Positions 22,237-32,000 of a DNA stretch of 32,000 nt are shown here, piece by piece. The translations under genes were made by a program, and so were the position numbers. The DNA is from Candidatus Saccharimonadota bacterium (GTDB lineage: Bacteria; Pseudomonadota; Gammaproteobacteria; Enterobacterales; Enterobacteriaceae): contig CP144769.1 in assembly GCA_036689235.1 (NCBI GenBank), positions 30,001 through 62,000 of the forward strand. Reading direction: 5' to 3'. Position 1 is the first letter of the stretch; every line of letters begins with the position of its first letter. Under the pieces are notes generated by a model. That model made no database searches and had not been told where the DNA came from. It was given only the letters and a program-made list of their open reading frames with translations.

Positions 22237-24315
22237 ATGTGTAAAAAAGGTTTATTGTTAATAGAATTAGTTTGTGAAGAATTACCTATTAATAAATTAA
22301 AATATATTAATATTAATTTTAAAAAATATATTAAATATAATTTAGTAAAATATAATTTTAATTTTAATAAAATTAAAGTTTTTGTTACTATTAGAAGAAT
22401 TTCTTGTTTAATTTATGATTTAAATTTTTTTCAAAAATTTAAATTTAAATATAAAATTATAAAAGGTCCTAAAATAAAAGTTTCTAAAAAAAATATATTT
22501 AATAATAATAAATTAATTAATTGATGTAAAAAAATAAAATTATGTATAGAAAATATAAAATATATTAAAAATAATAATTATAAATATTTTTTTATTAAAA
22601 AAAAAAAAAAAATAAATAGTATAAAAAAATTAATTTTAATTATATTAAAAAATGTATTTTTAAATTTAAAAAAAAATAATAAAACTATGGGTTGAAATAA
22701 AAATAAATATTATTTTTTTAGACCTATAAATAATATTATTATTATGTTTAATAATAAAGTTATAAATATTAAATTATTTGGAATTAAATCTAATAATATA
22801 TTATTAGAAAATAGATTTTTGAATAATAAAAATATAATTTTAAATAATTCTAATAAATATATATATATATTATTTAAATATTATAAGATAATTTTAGATT
22901 ATAAGTATAAAAAAAATAAAATTAAAAATATAATAAAAAATATATCAGTTAAAAATAATATTTTATTTTTTTATAAAAAATCTTATTTTATAAAAATTAT
23001 TTCTATGATAGAATGACCTGTTTGTGTTTTATGTAATTTTAATATTAAATATTTATTTTTACCAAAGGATTTAATAATATTTATTTTAAATAAATATTTA
23101 GGTATTGTTTCATTTGATAAAAATAATGAATTAACAAATAATTTTATTATTATATTAGATATTAAAAATAATAATTATAAAAGAATAATAAAAAATTATA
23201 AGAATATTATTGAATTAGAATTAAATGAAGCAAAAAAATTGTTTTTAAAAGATAGAAAATATTATTTAATTAGTAATTTATATAAATTAAAAAATGTTAT
23301 TTTTCATAAAAAAATAGGAAATTTTTTAGATAAGATAACTAGAATTTTATTTTTGTCTAAAAGAATTTTATATTATTTAAATTATTTAAATATAAATATA
23401 TTTTTTTTAAATCATGTAATTTTATTAATAAAATGTGATTTAGTTACATATTTATATAAATATTATAATAATTTAAAAGGAATAATAGGAATGTATTATT
23501 CATCTTTAGATGGTGAATCTTTAAATACATCTTTAATAATTAAAGATCATTATAATGTTAATAGTAATAATATATATAGTTCGATAATATTTTTAATAGA
23601 TAAAATTGATACTTTAGTTGGTATATTTATATTATGTAATTTTATGATTTTAAAAAAAAAAAATGATCCTTATGGATTAAGAAAAATATCTTTTTTAATT
23701 ATAAAAAAAATATTAAAAAATAAATTTTATATAAATATTTATAATTTAATTAAATATTGTATTTTTTTATTTAATAAAAAAGTTTCTAAAAATAAAATAT
23801 TAATTATTTTTAATTTTATTAATATAAGATTTTTTAATTATTTAAATAATATATTAAAATATTCTAAAAATATAATATATTCTTTTTTATATATTAATAA
23901 AAAAAAAAAATATAATTTTTTAGATATTAAAAATCGTATTTTAATAATTATTAAATATAAAAAAAAAAAAATTTTTAGTAAATTTATAAATTTATATAAA
24001 AGAATAAATAATTTATTAATTAAATATAAAAATTGTTTTAATAAATTTAATATAAAATTTTTAATTGAAAAAGAAGAAATTATTTTATACAAATATATTT
24101 TTTATTTATATAAAAAAAAAAAAGAATTATATATAAATTATAATTATGATAAATTATTAAAATATTTTTTTATATCTATAAATAAAATAAATAATTTTTT
24201 AAATTTTGTTAAAATAGATGTTAAAGATAAAAATATTAAATTTAATAGATTATATTTATTAAATAAAATTAATTATTTATTTAAAAAATTTTCTAATTTT
24301 AAATATTATTATTAA
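22237..24315 (+). CDS. glyS: glycine--tRNA ligase beta subunit
   Basis: Pieces 22237..22524, 22744..23016 and 23239..24315 share a frame. I checked both gaps codon by codon: only TGA, no TAA/TAG. Recognisable GlyS patches are LLIELVCEELP, IE-W-PVCVL, LIKCDLVTYLY, GIIGMYYSSLDGES, DKIDTLVGIF and DPYGLRK. 692 aa, very AT-eroded. Confidence 0.88.
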
Positions 24316-25405
24316 TTGGTATATTTTTTATTATTATTGCTCCTCCTAAACATATATTTTTTTTATAAAAAACTATTGATTGTCCAGGAGTTACTCCAAA
24401 CATATTTTTATAAAAAATAACTTTTTTTTTTTTAATAAAAAAAGTACATTTATTTTTTTTTTTTTGTTGATGTCTAATTTTAAAATTACAAAATATTTTT
24501 TTTTTATATTTGTTTTTTATATTTATAAAATGTATATTTTTAATATATACTCCAATAGAATATAAAAGTATATTATTTATTCCTTTTACTACTATTAATG
24601 TATTATTTTTTATATTTTTTTTATATACATAATATGGTTTATGTTGACCTAAATTAATATTTAAATTTTTTCTTTGACCTATTGTATATAAATGTAATCC
24701 TTTATGTATTCCTAATATTTTATTTTTTATATTAATTATTTTTCCTGTATTATTTTTTATATATTTTTTAATAAAATTAAAATAATTTTTTTTTCCTATA
24801 AAACATATTCCTGTAGAATCTTTTTTTTTAGCGTTAATTAAATTTAAATTAATAGCAATTTTTCTTATATTTTTTTTATAATATTTACCTAAAGGAAATA
24901 TACATTTTTTTATTTTTTTTTGTGTTAAATTATATAAAAAATAACTTTGATCTTTTTTTTTATCTATACCTTTTAATAAATAATATTCATTTTTTTTTCT
25001 TTTTTTAATTATATAATGTCCTGTACATATATAATTTCCTTTTAAAAAAATTATAGCAAATTTTATAAATATTTTAAATTTTATTTTTTTATTACATAAT
25101 ATATCAGGGTTTATTGTTTTATTTTTTTTTTGATTTTTTATAAAAATATTAAATACATATTTTCAATATTCAAAAGAAAAATCAATTTTATTTAATTTTA
25201 CATTTAATTTTTTACATACTTCTTTACTATCTTTATAATCTTTTAAGTAATTACATTTATTATTATTAATATTATTTTCTTCTCAACATTTTATAAATAC
25301 ACATTCTATTTTATATCCTAATTTTTGTAATATTCATATTGTTACTGAAGAATCTACTCCTCCTGATAAAGCAACTATAACTTTTATTATTTTATATATT
25401 TTCAT
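24299..25405 (-). CDS. mnmA: tRNA-specific 2-thiouridylase (tRNA s2U34 synthesis)
   Basis: No ORF-track entry because it is fragmented by TGA. Minus-strand ATG at 25405-25403 gives [43 protein letters not shown] (PP-loop SGGVDSS), then NPDILCNKKIKFKIF, ICTGHY and GVTPGQSIVFY. Stop TAA is at 24301-24299. 368 aa. Confidence 0.9.
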
Positions 25406-26585
25406 ATTTTATATTTTTTATAAAATTAATTAAATTATTTATTGTTTTATAAATTTTTATTTTTACTTTATCTAAAATTATTTTTAAAACACTACTTTTT
25501 TTTATTTTTTTTAAAGATAATATTATATATTTTTTTTTAATTTTATTATTTATTTTAATGAATATATTTCCTAATATTTTTTTTTTTATTATTGGAGCTT
25601 TTAATATATTTATAAATTTTATTAATAATTTAATTATATATTTTTTTTTTTTTTTATAATTAATGTATATATTTTTTTTTATTTTTATAGGTAAAAAATT
25701 TTTTTTATTAAATCATATTTTTTTATTTATTATTATTTTATTATTTTTTATTATTTTTTTAGTTTTAAAATTATTAAATCCTCATTTTAATATTTTTTTT
25801 GCATAATAATTTCTATCTTTTATAGAATTAGCTCCTAATAATACTAATATTAATCTATTATTTTTATTTTTAGCAGAAATTATTAAATTATATTTTGATT
25901 TATCTGTATGTCCTGTTTTTATTCCATCTATATTTAAGTTTTTATTTCATAATAATGAATTTCTATTTATTTGTTCTATATTATTAAAAATAAATCTTTT
26001 TTTTTTATATATTTTATATGTTTTTGGAAAATTTTTAATTAATAATATACTTAATTTAGCCATATCATATGATGTTGTATATTGTTTTTTGTTATCTAAT
26101 CCGTGTGAATTTATAAAATTTGTATTTTTTAAATTTATTTTATTTTTATATTTATTCATTAATTTTACAAATTTTTTTTCATTTCCTGATAAATATTCAG
26201 ATATAGCTACACATGCATCATTTCCAGATTGAATTATTATACCTTTATTTAAATCAGAAATTTTAACTTTTTGATTTTTTTTTAAAAACATTAATGATGA
26301 TCCTTTGAAAATTGAATTTTTTCAATAAGATTTTTTTTTAATTTTTACTAAATCATGTTTATTTATTTTTTTTTTTTTTAAAAAATCTGATAAAATATAA
26401 CTAGTCATAATTTTATTTAAACTAGCTGGATATAATTTAAGATTAGAATTTTTTTTTGCTAATATTTTATTAGATTTATAATCTACTAAAATATATGATT
26501 TGACATTTATATTTTTTATTGTATTAGCATATGTATTTATACTAATTAAATATATTATAAGTATTAATATTTTTTTTTTGTTCAT
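25392..26585 (-). CDS. dacA: D-alanyl-D-alanine carboxypeptidase (PBP5/6 class)
   Basis: Pieces 26322..26585 and 25947..26291 share a frame and are bridged by TGA (KKSY-W-KNSIFKGSSLMFLK). I walked the frame past TGA 25947 to TAA 25394-25392. Motifs: PASLNK (SxxK), QSGNDA (SxN), GIKTGHT (KTG). The signal peptide is MNKKKILILIIYLISINTYA. 397 aa. Confidence 0.92.
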
Positions 26586-26594
26586 TTTTATTTA

Positions 26595-27665
26595 TTAAAT
26601 ATTTTTTTTTAATGACATAATTATTCCAAATATAGATATATTAATTATTAATGATGTACCACCATAACTTACTAAAGGTAATGGTATTCCTACTATTGGT
26701 AATATTCCAATTACCATTCCTATATTAATAAATATATGTATACAAAAATTTATAATTAAATTAGATATTAATAATTTATTAAATATATCATTATTATTAT
26801 TTATACAAATTATAAAGGATTTAATTATTAAAATTATATAAATTAATAATATAATAAATATTCCTATAAATCCATGTTCTTCAGCTATTAAAGTTAATAT
26901 AAAATCAGTTGTATTTTCTGGAATAAAATTAAATTTTGATTGTGTACCTAAAAATATTCCTTTACCATATAATCCTCCAGATCCTATAGCTATTTTAGAT
27001 TGATTTATTTGATAACCATTATTTAATATATCATTATTATTAAATAATATTATTATTCTATTTTTTTGATATTTATGTAATAAAAATTTTCATGAAAATG
27101 GTATTATTAATATTAATATTATTATAAATAAAGATATTATTTTTTTATCAATTCCACTTAAATATAAACCTATAATTCCATATAATAATATTAAAATAGA
27201 TGTTCCTAAGTCTGGTTGTAAATATATTAATATACTAGGTATTAAAGTTATAATTATTATTAATATTATTTTTTTTATATTTTTAATTGGATAATTATTA
27301 TTACTTATTATTTTTGAAATTAATATTGGTACTGATATTTTAGCTATTTCTGAAGGTTGAAATTTTATAAATTTTATATCTATTCATCTTTTTGCTCCAT
27401 TTATTGTATATCCATAAATAGATACATATAATAATAATAAATTACATATAATATATATTATATATGCATTTTTTATATAATATTTTTTATCAAAATTAAT
27501 AATATATAATTTAATTATTAAACTAATAATTATATGAAAAATTTTTTTATAAATTATATTATTTTTATTATTAATATTATATAATAATAATGTACTATAT
27601 ATTAAGATAAATAATATACATATTATAATAATAATATCTATTTTTTTTATATATTTATTATTCAT
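26595..27665 (-). CDS. mrdB: SEDS-family peptidoglycan polymerase RodA
   Basis: Piece 27384..27665 ends at TGA (GAKR-W-IDIKFIKFQPSEIAK). I checked the frame line by line to TAA 26597-26595. Motifs: LQPDLGT, SGGLYGKG, PENTTDF, EEHGFIG, GILPIVGIPLPLVSYGGTS. Called RodA rather than FtsW because it lies directly after mrdA. 356 aa. Confidence 0.9.
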
Positions 27666-29409
27666 AAATAATTTTGTTATATATAATAAAATCTGTTATT
27701 TTTCTCATTATTTCTCCTATTTTTAATCCATTACCTCCATGTTCTAATATTATTGTTATTGCAAATTTAGGATTTTTATATGGTAAAAAAGCATTCATTA
27801 ATATATGATCTTTTAATTTTTTATTTATATTTTTTTTTATTTCATAATGATTATTTATTGAATATACTTGAGCTGTTCCAGATTTTATTGCTAATTTATA
27901 TTTTGTTCTTATAAAATTTCAATAAGCTGTTCCATTTATTTTATGTGCTACTCCATACATACCTTTTTTAATTATTTTTATATTTTTTTTATTTATTATA
28001 ATTTTTTTTTTTTTATTAATTTTATATTTATTTAATAATATATGTGGTTTTATTATATTACCATTATTAATTAAAATTAATAATGCTTGATGTATTTGTA
28101 TTGGTGTAGAAATTAAATAACCTTGACCTATTCCTATAGAAATAGTATCCCCTAAATATCATTTAGTATTATATTTTTTTTTTTTTCATTTTTTACTAGG
28201 TAAAAATAATTTTTTTTCATTTGGTAAATCTATGTTAGTTTTACTTCCAAATTTAAATTTTTTAATTCAATTTATTATTTTTTTTATTCCTAAATTATAA
28301 GATATTTGATAAAAAAATATATCTGAAGATTCTTCTATAGATTTAATTATATTTAATTTACCATGTCCTATTTCTTTTCAATCATAAAATATTTTTTGAG
28401 ATGTAGGTAATTTTCATCATCCAGGGTCAATCATAATAAATTTTTTATTTATTATTTTTTCTTCTAATGCAGCTATTCCAATATAAGGTTTTATAGTTGA
28501 AGCAGGAGGATATATTCCTTGTATTACTTTATTAACTAATGGTGAATTTTTATTATTTAATATTTTTTTATATTTTTTATTTGATATTTTTTTTGTGAAT
28601 AAATTAGGATTAAAACTTGGAACAGAAATTAAAGATAAAATTTCTCCATTTTTACAATTTGTTACTATTACTGAAGCATTATTATTTTTTAATATTTTAT
28701 AAATAAATTTTTGTAATTTTATATTTATTGATAATTTTATATTTTTTCCTGCTTTTGGTTTTTTAAATATATATTTATATATAATTTTACCTTTATTATT
28801 TATAATATTTTTTTTATATCCATTTTTTCCATTTAATTTTTTTTCATAATATTTTTCTATTCCATTTCTTCCAATATATTTATTTTTATTATTAAAACTT
28901 GCATATCCTATAACATGAGCTAATATTTTTTTATATGGATAATTTCTTCTTATATTTTTTTTTAGATTTATATATTTTATTAAAGATTTATTTATGTAAA
29001 ATTTTATTAAATCTATTTTATTTAAATTAAATAATATTTTATTATTATATTTATTATTTTTATATTTTTTTTTTATTTTTTTTATTATTTTATTAGATAT
29101 ATTTATTTTTTTTAATATATTTAAAATTTTTTTAATATATTTTACTTTATATGGTATTATAATATAATAATAAATTTTATTATTAGCTATTGGTATATTA
29201 TTTTTATCTGTAATAATTCCTCTATTTGAATTAATATTTATTATTTTAGTATAGTTTTTTTTAGATAAAAAATAATATTTTTCAAAGTTTATTATTTGTA
29301 ATTTATATATATTATATATTAAATATATTAATATAATTATTGAAATAATTATTAAATATATTATTCTGTAAATAAAAATTTTATTTTTTTTTTTATATAT
29401 AATTTTCAT
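27658..29409 (-). CDS. mrdA: penicillin-binding protein 2 (elongasome transpeptidase)
   Basis: Piece 28417..29409 ends at two consecutive TGA codons (MIDPG-WW-KLPTSQ). I checked the frame line by line to TAA 27660-27658. It has an N-terminal TM helix and the motifs STIKP (SxxK), ESSD (SxD) and KSGTAQ (KTG). 583 aa; overlaps the rodA start by 8 nt. Confidence 0.92.
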
Positions 29410-30517
29410 TTTTATATTTTATATAAATAATATTAAATAATCATTATTTAATTAAATAATTATAATAAATAAATTATTTTATTTATATAAAATTATTATT
29501 TATAAATGTAAAATTAAATAATAATTTTATAAATTTATTATATTAAAAAATTTTATTAATTAATTATTAAAAAATATTTTATTAAAATTTTAAAAAGAAA
29601 ATATAAATTAAAATTTAAGTAAAATTAAAATTTTAAAAGATAATTAAATTATAATGATTAATTTTTTTAAATTAAGAAGATAATAAAATATAATTAATAT
29701 AGATATATAAGTTTAAATTTTATTAATAAATTATTATTAAATTTTATTTAAATATAAAATTAATAATTATAAAAAATTTTATTTTATTTTAATATAAATT
29801 ATTTAAAAATTTTAAAATAATATTTATAATATAAATATATATTCTAAATTATATTTTTAAAATAATATTTATAATAATTATTTAATATAATATTTTTTAT
29901 TATTTCATAAAAAAAATATTTTAATTTAGAATAATAATTTTTATAAAAAAAATATTTATAATTATTAATATATAGAAATTATTACAAAAAAAATAATTTT
30001 TTTATATTTATTAATATTTAAAAAATATTATTATATATTTATAATTATTTTATGAATTATTAAATTAAAAAAAAAGAATAATATTATTATTATATAATAT
30101 ATAATTTATATAATATTAATAATTATTATTTAATATTAATTTTAAATTTTATATAATATTTGTTTTTTTTTAAAATAAATATTTAATAGTAATTTTAATT
30201 TTAAATAAGAATATATTAATAAATATAAAATTGATAAAATAATAAATTTAATAAATTTAATAATTATATATTATTTAATAAATTTAATTTTTAATTATTT
30301 ATATAAATATAAATAATTAATAAAAATATTACATTAAATAATTATAATTTTAATAATTTTAAAATTAAATTAAATAAATAATTTTTTAAATTATTTATTT
30401 ATTTTAAATATTTTAGTTATAATTATAAAAGAAAATAAAAAATAAATTTATATTATTTAATATAAAATTTAATAATTTTTTTTAAAAAAAAAATAATTAA
30501 TTAATGGGAAAATAATT
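29410..30517. other. 1.1-kb non-coding, almost pure A+T spacer between divergent mrdA and rpsT
   Basis: No ORF of 60 aa or more on either strand. By hand count there are only about 27 G/C in 1108 nt, and three of those form the GGG of the rpsT Shine-Dalgarno at 30506-30508. It must hold the mrdA-operon and rpsT promoters. Confidence 0.85.
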
Positions 30518-30769
30518 ATGAATAAATTAAAAAAAAAAAATAATAATTTATATAAAAATAAAATTAATAAAAGTAAAAAATCCATGATTAAAACATATAT
30601 TAAAAAAGTTAAATTATTAATTAATAAAAATAATAAAAAAGAAGCTTTAAGTATATTTCGTGTATTACAATCTAATTTAGATAAATTATCTTTAAAAAAA
30701 ATTATTCATTTTAATAAATCTTCTAGATATAAATCTGTTTTATTAAAACTTATTAATAAAATAAATTAA
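30518..30769 (+). CDS. rpsT: 30S ribosomal protein S20
   Basis: 83-aa ORF with the S20 pattern KSKKSMIKTYIKKVKLLINKNNKKEALSIFRVLQSNLDKLSLKKIIHFNKSSRYKSVLLKLINK. GGGAA lies 9 nt upstream of the ATG. Confidence 0.9.
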   Translation: MNKLKKKNNNLYKNKINKSKKSMIKTYIKKVKLLINKNNKKEALSIFRVLQSNLDKLSLKKIIHFNKSSRYKSVLLKLINKIN

Positions 30770-31551
30770 TTTTTTTTTTTAATTATATAATTTATTATTT
30801 TACAGTATTGTTTTATATTAATTTTATTTATTCTAATATTTGGATTTATATTAATTTTTTTAAATTCATTTATATTAATAAATTTTTTTAAATTATTATA
30901 TATTTTTTTATTTTTTTTATTAAATATATTATTTAATATATGTATACATAATTTCATATTTTTTATATTATTTATATTATTGTTTGATTTTAATTTTAAT
31001 AATATTGATTCTATTTTTGGTTTAGGAATAAAATTATAATTTTTAATTTTTAATATTTTTTTAATTTTAAAAAATATATTTAAAATTATAGTAGTTTTTG
31101 AGTGATTTTTATAATTTAATAATAAATTATTAGCTAATTCTTTTTGTAATAAAATATGTATATCATATATCATTTTATAATTTTTTATTAATTTATATAT
31201 TATTTTATGAGATATATAATATGGAATATTACCAATTATTCTAATTTTTTTTTTATATATATTAAAATTAAATTTTAATATATCTATATTTATAAATTTA
31301 ATTTTATTTTTTTTTTTTTTACAGATTTTAATTAAATTTTCATCTATATCTATAGCTGTAATATTTTTATTATATTTATATAATTCTTTTGTTAATATTC
31401 CTTTTCCACAACCTATTTCTAAAAATATATCTTTTTTTTTTGGTTTTATAAAATATATAATTTTTTTTATAATTTTTTTATTAATTAAAAAAATTTGTCC
31501 TATATCTTTATACATATTTTTTTTATTATATAAATTTTCTTTTTTCACCAT
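30766..31551 (-). CDS. rsmA: 16S rRNA (adenine1518/1519-N6)-dimethyltransferase
   Basis: KsgA pattern: GQIFLINKKIIKKII, SAM-binding LEIGCGKGILT, AIDIDENL, GNIPYYISHKII, LLQKELANNL. Start placed at ATG 31551-31549. The ORF track uses TTG 31557, so the start is uncertain by 2 codons. Confidence 0.88.
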   Translation of the reverse strand: MVKKENLYNKKNMYKDIGQIFLINKKIIKKIIYFIKPKKKDIFLEIGCGKGILTKELYKYNKNITAIDIDENLIKICKKKKNKIKFINIDILKFNFNIYKKKIRIIGNIPYYISHKIIYKLIKNYKMIYDIHILLQKELANNLLLNYKNHSKTTIILNIFFKIKKILKIKNYNFIPKPKIESILLKLKSNNNINNIKNMKLCIHILNNIFNKKNKKIYNNLKKFININEFKKININPNIRINKINIKQYCKIINYIIKKKN

Positions 31552-32000
31552 TACCAAATAAGTTTTTTATACATCTTTTACATATTATATATTTTTTCAA
31601 ATTATATAATTTATTAACATAATGTCAACATCTATTACATTTAATACCTTTAATTTTTTTACATTTTATTTTAAAAAAATTTTTTTTTTTATTTTTTTTT
31701 AATATTTTTATATTTACTTCTGAAGTTATAAAAAAAAATTTTAATTCTGATTTAATTTTTTTTATTTTATTAAAAAATTTTTTTTTTAAATATAATATTA
31801 ATTTTATTTCTAATGAAGAATTTATTATTTTTTTTTTTTTTTTATTTTCTAATATTTTATTAAAATTATATTTAATATTTATTAATTTTTCTCATATTTT
31901 TTCATTAATTTTATCTTTTTTATCTATATAAAATAATTTATTAAATCAAGTTTCTTCATATATAGATTTATTTTTTCTGTTTGGTAAATATTCAAATATT
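31526..32000 (-). CDS. ileS: isoleucine--tRNA ligase (3' end only; N-terminus beyond window)
   Basis: The minus-strand frame is open from the window edge: IFEYLPNRKN...ELKFFFITSEVNIK...KGIKCNRC-W-HYVNKLYNLKKYIICKRCIKNLFGNGEKRKFI. This is the canonical IleS C-terminal Zn-binding CxxC-W...CxRC...G.GEKRKF tail. Stop TAA is at 31528-31526. Confidence 0.88.

Noticed and set aside
23838-24092. 84-aa minus-strand ORF inside glyS
   Set aside because: It is antisense to low-complexity glyS sequence and is open only because AT-only sequence lacks stops by chance in that frame.
24380-24565. 61-aa + strand ORF
   Set aside because: It is antisense to mnmA, where the minus strand reads GVTPGQSIVFY and other MnmA motifs.
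29810-29876. 22-nt direct repeat (ttttaaaataatatttataata at 29810-29831 and 29855-29876) and an 18-nt perfect palindrome (29443-29460) in the AT spacer
   Set aside because: In an essentially two-letter sequence of about 1.1 kb, repeats and palindromes of this length are expected at roughly 0.1-2 occurrences by chance. They are not convincing as binding sites or iterons without conservation data.
29410-30517. Hidden ncRNA (tmRNA, RNase P RNA, 4.5S or rRNA fragment) or CRISPR-like array in the large spacer
   Set aside because: About 2-3% GC cannot form the conserved helices of any of these RNAs, and no regularly spaced repeat units are visible.
31552-31557. TTG 31557 start for rsmA
   Set aside because: ATG two codons downstream is preferred. 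Either choice is possible and the difference is not biologically meaningful.
1-32000. Reading the many ORF fragments (fusA, tuf, rplC, secY, glyQ, glyS, mrdA, etc.) as pseudogenes or a decaying genome
   Set aside because: All fragments of each gene stay in one frame and are interrupted only by TGA at conserved Trp positions. No frameshifts or TAA/TAG interruptions were found in the frames I walked.

Overview
This is an extremely A+T-rich (by eye >85% AT, not computed), gene-dense core-genome segment from a highly reduced proteobacterial endosymbiont that reads UGA as Trp (translation table 4). Many ORF-track entries are fragments of one gene split at in-frame TGA. After re-joining them I call 44 protein genes and 2 tRNAs. 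In order: hflX (5'-partial) and rlmB; a convergent minus-strand unit tRNA-Cys, tRNA-Leu, def, fmt; an unbroken str-S10-spc-alpha supercluster (rpsL to rplQ, 3703-21154: 27 r-protein genes plus fusA, tuf, secY, rpoA); glyQ-glyS; a minus-strand block mrdA-rodA-dacA-mnmA; a 1.1-kb almost pure-AT non-coding spacer; rpsT; and rsmA plus the 3' end of ileS on the minus strand. I see no mobile elements, CRISPR, defence or toxin genes, rRNA genes, or any uncharacterised multi-gene system; every ORF of meaningful size is a recognisable housekeeping gene. The features worth a second look are: (1) the UGA->Trp reassignment in a lineage whose protein signatures and synteny look gamma- rather than betaproteobacterial; (2) an intact PBP2-RodA-PBP5 peptidoglycan module in such an eroded genome; (3) the ~2-3% GC 1.1-kb spacer; (4) pervasive gene overlaps and long in-frame poly(A) tracts; (5) the missing rpmD. 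Coordinates were derived by hand counting, so gene ends could be off by a codon in places.
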